DNA from: an uncultured Acidobacteriota bacterium | GTDB lineage: Bacteria > Acidobacteriota > Polarisedimenticolia > J045 | NCBI GenBank assembly: GCA_963702425.1 | Contig: CAVPCQ010000020.1 | Coordinates: 64,001 to 128,000, forward strand | Length of the DNA stretch: 64,000 nt | Direction: 5' to 3' | Shown here: one piece after another, positions 1-9,677 of the stretch | Position numbering within the stretch: position 1 is the stretch's first letter | How the letters are laid out: the number at the start of each line of letters is the position of its first letter | Translations under genes and position numbers: made by a program | The notes under the pieces: model-generated | Seen by the model: only the letters and a program-made list of their open reading frames with translations | What the model was told of the DNA's origin: nothing | The model's database searches: none

Positions 1-1524
1 ACCTTCATGGGCCACGTCGACCATGGAAAGACGAGCCTGCTCGACGCGATCCGCAAGACGCGGGTCGCGGAGCGAGAGGCAGGCGGCATTACGCAGCACA
101 TCGGGGCCTACAAGGTGAAGCACCGGCGCGAGGGGGTCGATCGGGAGATCGTGTTCCTCGACACCCCGGGCCACGAGGCCTTCACCCTGATGCGCAGCCG
201 GGGCGCCCGCGTCACCGACATCGTCGTCCTGGTCGTCGCCGCGGACGACGGCGTGATGCCGCAGACGATCGAGGCGATCAACCATGCCCGGGCGGCCGGC
301 GTGCCGCTCGTCGTCGCGGTCAACAAGGTCGACAAGGCCGGCGCACGACCGGACCGCGTCAAGCAGCAACTTGCCGACCGCGGAGTCCTGGTCGAGGATT
401 TCGGCGGCGACGTCGTTTCGGTTCCCGTCTCGGCCAAGGCCCTGACCGGCATCGACAGCCTGCTCGAAATGATCCTGCTCGTGACCGACATGCTTGAACT
501 GGGCGCCAATCCCGAGGTTCCGGCAGCCGGCACCGTGCTCGAAGCGAAGCTGGACAAGGCCCGCGGCCCGATCGCAACCGTGCTGGTCCAGAACGGAACC
601 CTTCGCGTCGGGGACGTCTTCGTCGTCGGCTCGCTGGTTGGACGAGTGCGCGCCCTCGTCGACGAGCACGACAAGCGCATTGCTGCGGCCGGGCCGTCGA
701 CCCCCGTCGTCGTGATGGGGCTCGAGGACGTCCCGTTGGCCGGAGACACGCTCCAGGTCTTCCCGGATGAGCAGCGCACGCGCCAGATCGCGCTCTACCG
801 CCAAACGAAGCGCCGGGAAGAGGAAGCGGCGCGCCGCACGAAGCTCCCGACCCTCGAGACCCTCCACCAGCAGATCAAGGAGGGCGAGGTCAGCGAACTG
901 GCGATCGTCGTCAAGGCGGACGTGCAGGGCTCGGTCGAGGTGCTGCGGAAGTCGATCGAGGACCTCTCTACCCCCGAGGTCACGGTCCGCGTCATTCACT
1001 CCGGCACCGGCGCGATCAGCGAGACCGACATCCTGCTCGCCTCGGCCAGCCGGGCGATCGTCGTCGGGTTCAACGTCCGCCCGGACCGCGGCGTCTCCGA
1101 CGTCGCGCGCCAGGAAGGCGTCGACATCAGGCTGCACACCGTGATCTACAACGTCACCGAGGAGATCAAGAAGGCGATGCTGGCCCAGCTCTCCCCGGTC
1201 GAGAAGGAAGTCGCGCTCGGCCGGGTGGAAGTGCGGCAGGTCTTCCGGATCGCGAAGGTCGGGACCGTGGCCGGCTGCTACGTCACAGAGGGGGTCGTGC
1301 GGCGTGACGCGCAGATCCGTCTGCTGCGCGACAATGTCGTGGTCCACACCGGCCGGATCGCGACCCTGCGGCGCTTCAAGGACGATGCCCGCGAGGTGCG
1401 ATCCGGGTTCGAGTGCGGCATTTCCCTCGAGCGCTACCATGACCTCAAGCCGGGCGACGAGCTCGAGGCCTTTGCCATCGAGATGTCGCGCCGCGAATCG
1501 CTCGATCCGAGTGCGTCGGCGTAG
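1..1524 (+). CDS. infB: Translation initiation factor IF-2 (5'-truncated by window edge)
   Basis: [27 protein letters not shown] and NKVD GTPase motifs; C-terminal IF2 domains; frame open from base 1. Confidence 0.98.
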   Translation, partial: TFMGHVDHGKTSLLDAIRKTRVAEREAGGITQHIGAYKVKHRREGVDREIVFLDTPGHEAFTLMRSRGARVTDIVVLVVAADDGVMPQTIEAINHARAAGVPLVVAVNKVDKAGARPDRVKQQLADRGVLVEDFGGDVVSVPVSAKALTGIDSLLEMILLVTDMLELGANPEVPAAGTVLEAKLDKARGPIATVLVQNGTLRVGDVFVVGSLVGRVRALVDEHDKRIAAAGPSTPVVVMGLEDVPLAGDTLQVFPDEQRTRQIALYRQTKRREEEAARRTKLPTLETLHQQIKEGEVSELAIVVKADVQGSVEVLRKSIEDLSTPEVTVRVIHSGTGAISETDILLASASRAIVVGFNVRPDRGVSDVARQEGVDIRLHTVIYNVTEEIKKAMLAQLSPVEKEVALGRVEVRQVFRIAKVGTVAGCYVTEGVVRRDAQIRLLRDNVVVHTGRIATLRRFKDDAREVRSGFECGISLERYHDLKPGDELEAFAIEMSRRESLDPSASA

Positions 1525-1550
1525 CGGACGGCGGGGCACCGGGGGGTCTC

Positions 1551-1835
1551 GTGCGGGTCGGACTGCTGGTGATCGAGCTCTACCTGCCCGGCTCCGCGTC
1601 CCTGAAGGACAAGCGGCGGGTGGTGCGTTCGCTGCTCGAGGGAACGCGCGCGCGCCACAACGTCGCCACCGCCGAGGTGGACCATCAGGATCTCCTGCAG
1701 CGGGCCCAGCTCGCCTTCGCCTCGGTCGCCGGTTCGGACGCTCCGCTCGAGCGGTTGTTCGATCGGATCCTCGCGGAGGCGGAACAGGCCGTTCCTGGCG
1801 GGGTCAGCGAGATCGCGCGCGACATCCTCGGATGA
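1551..1835 (+). CDS. DUF503 (YlxP-like) protein
   Basis: SLKDKRRVVRSL...NVATAEVDHQD signature; usual position after infB. Confidence 0.9.
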   Translation: MRVGLLVIELYLPGSASLKDKRRVVRSLLEGTRARHNVATAEVDHQDLLQRAQLAFASVAGSDAPLERLFDRILAEAEQAVPGGVSEIARDILG

Positions 1836-2788
1836 CGCCGCCCGCTTCCCCGTCCGGCCTCCTCCTCGTCGACAAGCCCGGGGGGCGAACGAGCCACGAC
1901 GTCGTTCGCTGGGTCCGGCGCGAGCTGGGGCAGCGCCGCGTCGGCCACGCCGGCACGCTCGACCCGCTCGCAACCGGCCTCCTGCCGTGCCTCGTCGGAT
2001 CGGCCACGCGCCTCGTGCAGTACCTCCACGGCTGGCCGAAGACCTACGTCGGGGTGGTGGCCCTCGGGGCCGAGTCGCCGACCGGCGATATCGAGGGACT
2101 CGAGGGCACGCTGCCGCCCGCGGTCCCGACACCGCCTGCAGCCTCCGTCCTGGCCGCCGAGGAGCGACTGCGCGGAACCTACCTCCAGCAGCCGCCAGCC
2201 TTCTCGGCCAAGAAGATCGGCGGGGTGCGGGCGCACCACCTGGCCCGGCGGGGCTACGAGACCCCGCTCAGTCCCGTTCCGGTCACGGTCCACCGCCTGC
2301 GGCTGGTTCGCGCGGCCGGCGGTCGGATCCACTTCGCGGCCGAGGTCTCGAGCGGCACCTACCTCCGCAGCCTGGCCCGCGACCTCGGACGCCTGCTCGG
2401 GACGGGCGCCTACCTCGCGGTGCTGCGCCGCACGGGGATCGGCCCCTTGCGGGTTCGGCAGGCCCTGCGCCCCTCCTGGGAGAGCGGGACCTGCGCCGGG
2501 CTCGCGGACCGCCTGCTGGGTCTCGAGGCGATCCCGCTGCGCCTCCCGACGGTGGTGCTGGACCGGGACGGGAGCCGGCTGTTCTCCCAGGGACGGTTGG
2601 TTCCCGGCCGCCCCGGGACGGTCACGGGACCGGCCCGGGCACTGGACGCGGAGGGTCGTCTCCTGGGCGTCGCGGAGATCGCCGAGGGGGGCGAGTTGGC
2701 CCCCCGGACCGTGCTCCGCGAGGCGGATCCGGTCGCGGGGAGCGGAGCCGGCTCCTGGTCGCTTGCCCACCCGGTCGACGGGTGGTAA
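1832..2788 (+). CDS. truB: tRNA pseudouridine(55) synthase
   Basis: [42 protein letters not shown]; ATG 1832 overlaps the upstream TGA (ATGA). Confidence 0.95.
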   Translation: MTPPASPSGLLLVDKPGGRTSHDVVRWVRRELGQRRVGHAGTLDPLATGLLPCLVGSATRLVQYLHGWPKTYVGVVALGAESPTGDIEGLEGTLPPAVPTPPAASVLAAEERLRGTYLQQPPAFSAKKIGGVRAHHLARRGYETPLSPVPVTVHRLRLVRAAGGRIHFAAEVSSGTYLRSLARDLGRLLGTGAYLAVLRRTGIGPLRVRQALRPSWESGTCAGLADRLLGLEAIPLRLPTVVLDRDGSRLFSQGRLVPGRPGTVTGPARALDAEGRLLGVAEIAEGGELAPRTVLREADPVAGSGAGSWSLAHPVDGW

Positions 2789-2885
2789 CCTCCGCCGTTC
2801 TCAAACCGCGACAAGACCGAGAGATGAAACGAAGGCAGCAGTGCAAGCGGGCGCGGACGGGTTCCGAGCCCGGGAGAGTCTGACG

Positions 2886-3152
2886 TTGTCCCAGCGCATC
2901 GAGAAATCCGACATCATCACCGCGTTCCGCCAGCACCCCAGCGACACCGGCTCCCCCGAGGTCCAGGTGGCCCTGCTCTCCGAGCGGATCAACCACCTGA
3001 CCGGGCACTTCCACGACCACGTGAAGGACCATCATTCGCGGCTCGGTCTGTTGAAGCTCGTCGGGCAGCGCCGGCGCCTCCTGAACTACCTGCGGCGGAA
3101 GGACCCGGCCCGCTACCGCGACGTCATCCAGCGGCTCGGAATCCGCAAGTAG
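2886..3152 (+). CDS. rpsO: 30S ribosomal protein S15
   Basis: [20 protein letters not shown]...[20 protein letters not shown]; TTG start at 2886 after GGGAGAG gives 88 aa. Confidence 0.97.
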   Translation: MSQRIEKSDIITAFRQHPSDTGSPEVQVALLSERINHLTGHFHDHVKDHHSRLGLLKLVGQRRRLLNYLRRKDPARYRDVIQRLGIRK

Positions 3153-3153
3153 C

Positions 3154-3189
3154 CCGGTGCGCTGCGCTCCGGCGAGGAGCGCCGGTTTT
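3154..3189 (+). terminator. Possible weak intrinsic terminator or hairpin after rpsO
   Basis: GCGCTCC-ggcga-GGAGCGC stem (3164-3182) followed by CGGTTTT. Confidence 0.4.
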
Positions 3190-3285
3190 CGAGCGCGTCT
3201 CGCGTTCTCCCGGGCGGCGGCGTTTCGGTCGCGTCAAACCGCCCCTTCACCTGCCGGCGGGCCAGGCGCCCGCGAGGAGTGAGTC

Positions 3286-5400
3286 GTGTCCCATCACAAA
3301 GTGGAAGTCTCCGTCGGCGGGCGCCCGCTGATCGTCGAAACCGGCCTGATGGCCAAACAGGCGGCCGGATCCGTCACCGTGCGCCAGGGCGACACCGTCG
3401 TGCTCGTGACCGCCCAGGCCGCGCCCACGCCGCGTGACGCGGGCTTCCTGCCGCTCACCGTCGACTACCGTGAGGGGATGTACGCCGCGGGCAAGATCCC
3501 TGGCGGGTTCTTCAAGCGCGAGGGGCGCCCGAACGAGAAGGAGACGCTCAGCTCGAGGCTGATCGACCGCCCGCTGCGTCCGCTCTTCCCGAAGGGCTGG
3601 AACTTCGAGACGCAGGTCATCGCGATGGTCCTCTCGGCCGACAAGGAGACGAACCCCGACGTGCTCGCGCTCACCGGCGCGGGCTTCGCGCTCGCGCTCT
3701 CGGACATCCCCTTCCCGCACCCGATCGCGGCCGTGCGCGTCGGCCTCGTCGACGGGAACTTCGTGATCAACCCGACGCACGAGCAGGTGGAGGCGAGCAA
3801 GCTCGACATCATCGTGGCCGCGACCGAGGAGGCCGTCGTGATGGTCGAGGCGGGCGCGAAGGAGGCCACCGAGGAGGAGGTCGTCGGCGCGCTGTTCGCG
3901 GGGCACGAGGCGATCCGCACGATCATCGCCACGCAGAAGAAGCTCGCCGCCGCCGCGGGCAAGACCAAGCGCGAGTTCGCGCCGCCGCCCTTCCCCGAGG
4001 GAATCCGCGCGATGGTGTTCGAGAACGCGGGGCGGCCGCTCTACGAGGCGATGCAGATCCCGCGCAAGCTCGAGTCGTACCACACGGTGGACGCGATCCT
4101 CGCCGGGTTGGTGGCCGCGCTCCCCGAGGACCGCAAGGCCGACGAGCGCTACGTCAAGGAGGCGTTCTACGACCTGCAGGACGAGATCCTGCACAATCAC
4201 ACGATCGACAAGCGCGTCCGGCTCGACGGCCGCGCGCTCGACCAGATCCGCCCGGTCTCGATCGTCGTCGGGCCGCTGCCCCGGACCCACGGCTCGGTGC
4301 TGTTCACGCGCGGCGAGACCCAGGCGCTGGCTACGACGACGCTGGGCACCTCGAACGACACGCAGCGGCTCGACTGGCTCGAGTTCGAGGGCGAGAAGCG
4401 CTTCATGCTGCACTACAACTTCCCGCCCTTCTCGGTCGGCGAGGTCCGGTTCCTCCGCGGCGCCGGCCGGCGCGAGATCGGGCACGGCGCGCTCGCCGAG
4501 CGCGCCCTGCGCCCGGTCCTCCCTCCCGAGGAGAAGTTCCCTTACACGATCCGGATCGTCTCGGACATCCTCGAGTCGAACGGCTCGTCGTCGATGGCCT
4601 CGGTCTGCGGCGGCTCGCTCGCGCTGATGGATGCCGGCGTGCCGATCAAGCGGGCGGTCGCCGGGATCGCGATGGGCCTGGTGATGCGGGACGACAAGTA
4701 CGCAATCCTGACCGACATCGCGGGCGCCGAGGACCATCACGGCGACATGGACTTCAAGGTCACCGGGACGCGGGACGGCATCACGGCGCTGCAGATGGAC
4801 ATCAAGATCACCGGGGTCACGCGGGAGATCATGCGCGAGGCGCTCGAGCAGGCCCGCCGCGCGCGGATGCAGCTGCTCGAGATCATGGATGGTGCGCTCG
4901 CCGCGCCGCGCTCCGACGTGTCCCAGTTCGCGCCGCGCATCCTGACGATCCACATCTCCAAGGACCGGATCCGCGACGTGATCGGACCCGGCGGCAAGAT
5001 GATCCGTTCGATCCAGGAGCAGACCGGCTGCGAGATCATGATCGAGGACGACGGGCGCGTGGACATCGCCTCGGTCAATCTCGACAGCGCCCGCCGCGCT
5101 GCCGACATCATCCGCGGACTGACCGCGGAAGCGGAGCACGGGAAGATCTACCTGGGCAAGGTCGTACGCACCACGTCGTTCGGGGCATTCGTCGAGATCC
5201 TGCCGGGGACCGAAGGACTGGTCCACATCTCGGAGCTGGCCGAGCACCGCGTCAAGAACACGACCGACGAGGTCCAGGAAGGTGACGAGATCCTGGTGAA
5301 GGTCATCGATCTCGACAACAACGGCAAGATCCGCCTGTCGCGGAAGGCCGCGATGCGCGAGCAGACCAGCGCAGCAGCTCCGGAGCCGGGGACTCCCTGA
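3286..5400 (+). CDS. pnp: Polyribonucleotide nucleotidyltransferase (PNPase)
   Basis: [40 protein letters not shown] and S1 domains; GAGGAG SD. Confidence 0.98.
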   Translation: MSHHKVEVSVGGRPLIVETGLMAKQAAGSVTVRQGDTVVLVTAQAAPTPRDAGFLPLTVDYREGMYAAGKIPGGFFKREGRPNEKETLSSRLIDRPLRPLFPKGWNFETQVIAMVLSADKETNPDVLALTGAGFALALSDIPFPHPIAAVRVGLVDGNFVINPTHEQVEASKLDIIVAATEEAVVMVEAGAKEATEEEVVGALFAGHEAIRTIIATQKKLAAAAGKTKREFAPPPFPEGIRAMVFENAGRPLYEAMQIPRKLESYHTVDAILAGLVAALPEDRKADERYVKEAFYDLQDEILHNHTIDKRVRLDGRALDQIRPVSIVVGPLPRTHGSVLFTRGETQALATTTLGTSNDTQRLDWLEFEGEKRFMLHYNFPPFSVGEVRFLRGAGRREIGHGALAERALRPVLPPEEKFPYTIRIVSDILESNGSSSMASVCGGSLALMDAGVPIKRAVAGIAMGLVMRDDKYAILTDIAGAEDHHGDMDFKVTGTRDGITALQMDIKITGVTREIMREALEQARRARMQLLEIMDGALAAPRSDVSQFAPRILTIHISKDRIRDVIGPGGKMIRSIQEQTGCEIMIEDDGRVDIASVNLDSARRAADIIRGLTAEAEHGKIYLGKVVRTTSFGAFVEILPGTEGLVHISELAEHRVKNTTDEVQEGDEILVKVIDLDNNGKIRLSRKAAMREQTSAAAPEPGTP

Positions 5401-5425
5401 GTCCCCGCTTCGGCGGGAGGCGTCG

Positions 5426-6664
5426 GTGTCGAGGAAGCTGGGCGATCTGCTCGTGGAGCAGGGGCGGATCACGCCGCTCGAGCTCCAGGAGGCGCTGCGC
5501 GCCCAGCGCATCTTCGGCGGCTCCCTCGGCACCCACCTGCTCCAGCTCGGCTTCGTTTCCGAGTCGGAACTCGGGACCGCGCTCGAGACCGTGCACGGCG
5601 TACCGTGCGTGGGCCGCGCGGAGCTGGTCACCGCGGCGCCCGAGGTCTTCGCTCTGCTCCCTGCCGATTACGCGCGCCGTCACCGGGCGCTGCCGTTCCG
5701 GGTCGAGGGGGACGAGCTCTTCCTCGCGCTCCAGAACCCGGCGGACACGCTCGCTCTCCACGAGGCGGCGTTTCTGACCGGGTTCCGGGTCGTCCCGCAC
5801 GTGGCCCCGGAAGCGGTGATCAGGGACGCGCTCGCCGCGCATCTCCGGCTTGACCTCGCCTCGGCGGCGACGACGTCCGCTCGCGCCCCCATGCCCGCCC
5901 CTCCGGTCCAGGACGTCACCACAGGACCGATGCGCGCAACGGACCGGCAGGCGCGCGCCCTCAGTCCGTCGCCGGCCATCCGCCCGCCCGGCGCGGCGGT
6001 CGACACGAACCCGATCGTCGTCGCCTCGGGAACGCCTCCACACGCGCGGGCGGGCGCGGGGGTCGAGGGCCCCGCTGGGGAAGCCCCGGACGACGAGGAG
6101 TCGCCCACCGCAGCCCTGCGCCACCCCGTGACCGCGAGCGGCGCGACCGGCCGGTCCAGTTCCGCCGCGCCGGACCCGCTCGCGGACGTCGGACGACGGC
6201 TCGCCTCGGCCACGACCCGCGACGGGGTCCTCGCGGTCGCGCTGGCGGAGATCGCGGCCCACTTCCCGCGCGCCTGCGCCTTCGCGTTGCGCGGGGACGA
6301 GGCGGTTCTCTGGAGCTCCTCGGGACTCCCGCGCCCGCCGACGCGGCCGATCGCGATCCCGCTCGACGAGACCTCGGTGCTGTCCTTCGCGGACGACGGA
6401 CCGGTGGTCCGCTACGGCCCGGTCGCCGCCACCCCGTCGAACCAGGATCTCTACATTCTGCTCGGGGGCCGGATTCCGCGCGTGGCGCTCGTGGTCCCGG
6501 TACAGGTCAAGAAGCGGACGGTCGTCGTGCTGTACGGCGACGACCCGGAGGGGACCTCGCGCCCCCCCGATTTCGTCCGCGTACGGCGGCTCGCCGCGCT
6601 GACGTCGTGGGCTCTCGAAGCGGTGATCCTGCGGGGCAAGATCCTGCGCGAGAGCGGCGCCTAG
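5426..6664 (+). CDS. MshEN/T2SSE_N-domain protein with Pro/Ala linker and C-terminal GAF-like domain, no ATPase
   Basis: Tandem motifs [24 protein letters not shown] and [21 protein letters not shown]; no Walker A; C-terminal [18 protein letters not shown] is GAF-like. Confidence 0.8.
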   Translation: MSRKLGDLLVEQGRITPLELQEALRAQRIFGGSLGTHLLQLGFVSESELGTALETVHGVPCVGRAELVTAAPEVFALLPADYARRHRALPFRVEGDELFLALQNPADTLALHEAAFLTGFRVVPHVAPEAVIRDALAAHLRLDLASAATTSARAPMPAPPVQDVTTGPMRATDRQARALSPSPAIRPPGAAVDTNPIVVASGTPPHARAGAGVEGPAGEAPDDEESPTAALRHPVTASGATGRSSSAAPDPLADVGRRLASATTRDGVLAVALAEIAAHFPRACAFALRGDEAVLWSSSGLPRPPTRPIAIPLDETSVLSFADDGPVVRYGPVAATPSNQDLYILLGGRIPRVALVVPVQVKKRTVVVLYGDDPEGTSRPPDFVRVRRLAALTSWALEAVILRGKILRESGA

Positions 6665-7836
6665 AGCGCCTGCGCGCGGTCCCCGATCAGGATCTCGACC
6701 ACCGATTCGAGCACCTTGATCGTCGAACCGAATTCGCCGGTCACCAGCACGACCCCCTGTCCGAGGACGCGGCGCGGCGCGTTGTTCTCGCCCGGCCGCC
6801 AGAAGAGGACCTGGTCGCCAACCGTGAGTCCCGCACCGCTCCCGAGGTCGATCCCGACCGTGTGCCCCTCGCTCGACATCACCGCCTCCGGCTCGAAGGA
6901 GGTGACGACCCATCCGAGTGTTCCCTCGGTGATCCCGGCGAGCTGCTCGAGCCGACGGACCTCGATCACCGGCAGCGGCGAGCTCTCCAGCGGGACCAGG
7001 CGGTCGCCCAGCAGCATCGCGTCGCAGGCGGTCCTGATCTCGGCCGTCGCGGTGTCCGCCTGGACGGCGATGATGCGCAGCCAGCCGAGATGGCGGATGA
7101 ACTGCGCCTGATCCTTGGCGGTCACGGGGTTGCGGACGGTCCCTGCCGAGCGCAGCACCGCGAACTCCTGGCCCGGCACCATGCCACGGCTTGCGCCCCC
7201 CTCGACGTAGACGATGTCCCCTTCGCCCTGGAGGATCTTGTCCGGCTCCTCGCGCGCGAAGATCTTCGACGCCGCGGGATCGATTCCCGCCGCGAGCTGC
7301 GGTGCGCAGCGCATCTCCACCTCGGATGCGACCGGCAACCGGAGGGGGACGCTCGGCGCGGCAGAAGGCGTCTGCGCGGGTTCGGGCCTCGGCGGAGCGG
7401 AGGTCCACGGCTCGCGGACCGGTTCCGGTTCGGCCGGCGCAGGGGCCTCGCCGACCACGGTCGGCGCGCCCGGGATCACGATCGGATCGCCGGGGTAGAT
7501 CCAGTGCGAGTAGGTGATCCAGCGATTCGCATCCCAGATCGTCGGCCACAGGTAGGGGTCGTTGAACGACTGCTGGGCAAGCGCCCAGAGGCTGTCGCCC
7601 GGGGCCACGACGTGGACCTGCGCCCCCTCCGACGGAACCGGTGGGGAGTAGGGGGTCCAGTGGTCGCCGACCAGGTGCAGCCCCTTCGGCGGCGGAACAT
7701 AGCCCGTGACCCGGCCGTCCGCGGCGGGCGCGGCGCTGCCGCGCTGTTCCTCGATCTGCGCGAGGACCGCGGCTGCCGAACAGACGACGAGCGAAACGAC
7801 GATGAGGGCGATGCCCACGCCCCTCTCCCTGGACAT
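6661..7836 (-). CDS. Secreted LysM peptidoglycan-binding protein (TsaP-like architecture)
   Basis: Signal peptide; LysM HVVAPGDSLWALAQQSFNDPYLWPTIWDANRWI..IYPGD; Pro-rich linker; beta-rich C-terminus. Confidence 0.8.
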   Translation of the reverse strand: MSRERGVGIALIVVSLVVCSAAAVLAQIEEQRGSAAPAADGRVTGYVPPPKGLHLVGDHWTPYSPPVPSEGAQVHVVAPGDSLWALAQQSFNDPYLWPTIWDANRWITYSHWIYPGDPIVIPGAPTVVGEAPAPAEPEPVREPWTSAPPRPEPAQTPSAAPSVPLRLPVASEVEMRCAPQLAAGIDPAASKIFAREEPDKILQGEGDIVYVEGGASRGMVPGQEFAVLRSAGTVRNPVTAKDQAQFIRHLGWLRIIAVQADTATAEIRTACDAMLLGDRLVPLESSPLPVIEVRRLEQLAGITEGTLGWVVTSFEPEAVMSSEGHTVGIDLGSGAGLTVGDQVLFWRPGENNAPRRVLGQGVVLVTGEFGSTIKVLESVVEILIGDRAQAL

Positions 7837-7926
7837 GCCTGCCTCCGCACCGGTTCCACACGACCGGTGTTCGCCACGGAATCTAGGTCCGCGAGGTGGC
7901 GAGCGGCAAGAGCCGTCCGGGACGGT

Positions 7927-8514
7927 TCATTCCTGTTCTCCGGAATCGGCCGCCGGAAGTCCGGCGGCGCTCAGCGTGGTGTCCCCGTAACGGCGTGACC
8001 AGCGGGGCGAAAGCGATCCCCACTCCACCGGATCGCCCGTCCGGTGCTCCACGATGACCAGGCTCTCGTCATCGAGCCAGCCACCGCCGGCGATCGCTTC
8101 GAGCCACCGGGAAAGGCGCCTTTCACCGTAGGGCGGGTCGAGGAAAAAGCACCGGACGCGCGGGGGCAGCAGCTCGCGGGCCGCGTTGCGAAGCCATTGA
8201 CCGGCCTCGACGGTGGCCAGCACGAGCCCCTCCGCGCCGCGCGGATCGAGTCCCAGGCGCTCGAGATTCCGGCGGATCGTCGCGACCGCGTGCCGGTCGT
8301 TCTCGACGAGCACGACCGGGCGCGCGCCCCGCGAGTAGGCCTCGAGTCCCACCGCGCCGGTGCCGGCCGCGAGGTCGACGAACGCTTGGTTGGACACACC
8401 GGCTCCGAGGATGTTGAACAGCGCCTCGCGCACGGGGTCAGCGGTGGGCCGCACCCCACGGCGCGGGACCGGCGCCAGCGTGCGGCCCTTGAACTCTCCG
8501 GAGACGATCCGCAT
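7927..8514 (-). CDS. rsmD: 16S rRNA m2G966 methyltransferase
   Basis: MRIVSGEFKGR..RPTADPVREALFNIL, DLAAGTGAVGLEA, FLDPPY, RYGDT. Confidence 0.93.
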   Translation of the reverse strand: MRIVSGEFKGRTLAPVPRRGVRPTADPVREALFNILGAGVSNQAFVDLAAGTGAVGLEAYSRGARPVVLVENDRHAVATIRRNLERLGLDPRGAEGLVLATVEAGQWLRNAARELLPPRVRCFFLDPPYGERRLSRWLEAIAGGGWLDDESLVIVEHRTGDPVEWGSLSPRWSRRYGDTTLSAAGLPAADSGEQE

Positions 8515-8519
8515 CGCGC

Positions 8520-9677
8520 TCAGAACTCGCCGTTGGCCTGCGCCCACTCGAGCTGACGCTCGAGCTGCGTCGCACTGTCGAAGCCGGAGATCCGGAAGGT
8601 GAAGGTCACTCCTTCGCGATCGCGCGGGAAGTCGACGGGCAGGGGCGGCATCACGGCGCGGCGCAGCGCTGCCGCCGACGCTTCGTCGAGCGTCGGGATC
8701 GGCGACGGGCGGGTGACGTCGACCGCTTCGACCGGACCGGGCCGCGTGAGGTAGAAGTGGATCGCAACCGTTCCATCGAGGTCGGGAAGCCGCAGCACGT
8801 TCTGGTCGCGCTCAAAGCGGCGCGCCCGGCCGAGGAGTTCCCGCAGCCAGGCGCGGTAGACCGCGAAGTAAACCTTCGTCGAGTAGTCGGACCAGTTGTA
8901 GTCGCCGCTGTCGAAGTGCAGGTCGCCGAACAGACCGCCGGTGATCTTCTGGTTGAAGTCCGGCCCCGTTCCGGGCCCGGTGCTGCGCCCCCGGCCGGTT
9001 CCGCCGGTCCCCTCGCCCGGGCGCGGCCGATCGGGGACCTCATAGCGGCGCGGGAAGGTCGGGTTCTCGGCACGCGGAGACGACGGCGGCTCGTCCTCCG
9101 GCCGCCGCGTCGCGACGTCGCCGTCCGGTCCGCGGTCGAGGCCCGTCGGACCCTCGACGGCGGGCGCGACGGGCCGCTTCGTCGGATCGATCGGCTCGGC
9201 CGCCGTCGCGGGCGGCTCGGGAATGGCGTCCCGGGCCGCGGCGGCGTCCCCGCCCCCGGGCGGCGGCGGGGCGTGGACCTCGGCCTCCGGCCCGGGCGGC
9301 CGCAGGGCCCGGCCCGCCTCCGGTCCCTGCTTGCTGTTCCAACCCAGGAGGGGGACATCGGGCGGGATCTGACGCTCCGCCGGATTCGCCGGAGTGGGGG
9401 GCGCGGGGGGCGGCACGGCGGGGGCGGGGCGGGGGGGCGATGGCGGCGCGACGGGCACCGGGATGTCGATCGGGGGCCGCGGCTCCTGGAACGACAGGGC
9501 GACGTCCGGCTCCTGTTCCGGCTCGGGCGGGCGGTCGGGGAGCCGAGTCGCCTGGACCACGAGCAGCAACGCGAGCACTCCGTGCACGGCAACCGAGACG
9601 ACGAGACCGGTCCAAGGGCTGCGATCCGGCGCAGGGTCGACCAGCGGGGTGCGATCGAAGAGGGACGGCGCGGTCAC
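8520..9677 (-). CDS. TonB/TolA-like energy transducer (TM anchor with SxxxH, Pro-rich spacer, TonB_C-like domain)
   Basis: VSVAVHGVLALL TM helix; long Pro-rich region; C-terminal PSPIPTLDEASAAALRRA..PPLP; GTG overlaps upstream TGA. Confidence 0.75.
   Translation of the reverse strand: MTAPSLFDRTPLVDPAPDRSPWTGLVVSVAVHGVLALLLVVQATRLPDRPPEPEQEPDVALSFQEPRPPIDIPVPVAPPSPPRPAPAVPPPAPPTPANPAERQIPPDVPLLGWNSKQGPEAGRALRPPGPEAEVHAPPPPGGGDAAAARDAIPEPPATAAEPIDPTKRPVAPAVEGPTGLDRGPDGDVATRRPEDEPPSSPRAENPTFPRRYEVPDRPRPGEGTGGTGRGRSTGPGTGPDFNQKITGGLFGDLHFDSGDYNWSDYSTKVYFAVYRAWLRELLGRARRFERDQNVLRLPDLDGTVAIHFYLTRPGPVEAVDVTRPSPIPTLDEASAAALRRAVMPPLPVDFPRDREGVTFTFRISGFDSATQLERQLEWAQANGEF

Noticed and set aside
3247-5631. 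794-aa minus-strand ORF antisense to pnp (likewise 40195-42879, 49162-51408, 57587-60754 and many others)
   Set aside because: Shadow ORFs expected in high-GC DNA; R/A/P/G-rich with no motifs, and they overlap well-supported genes
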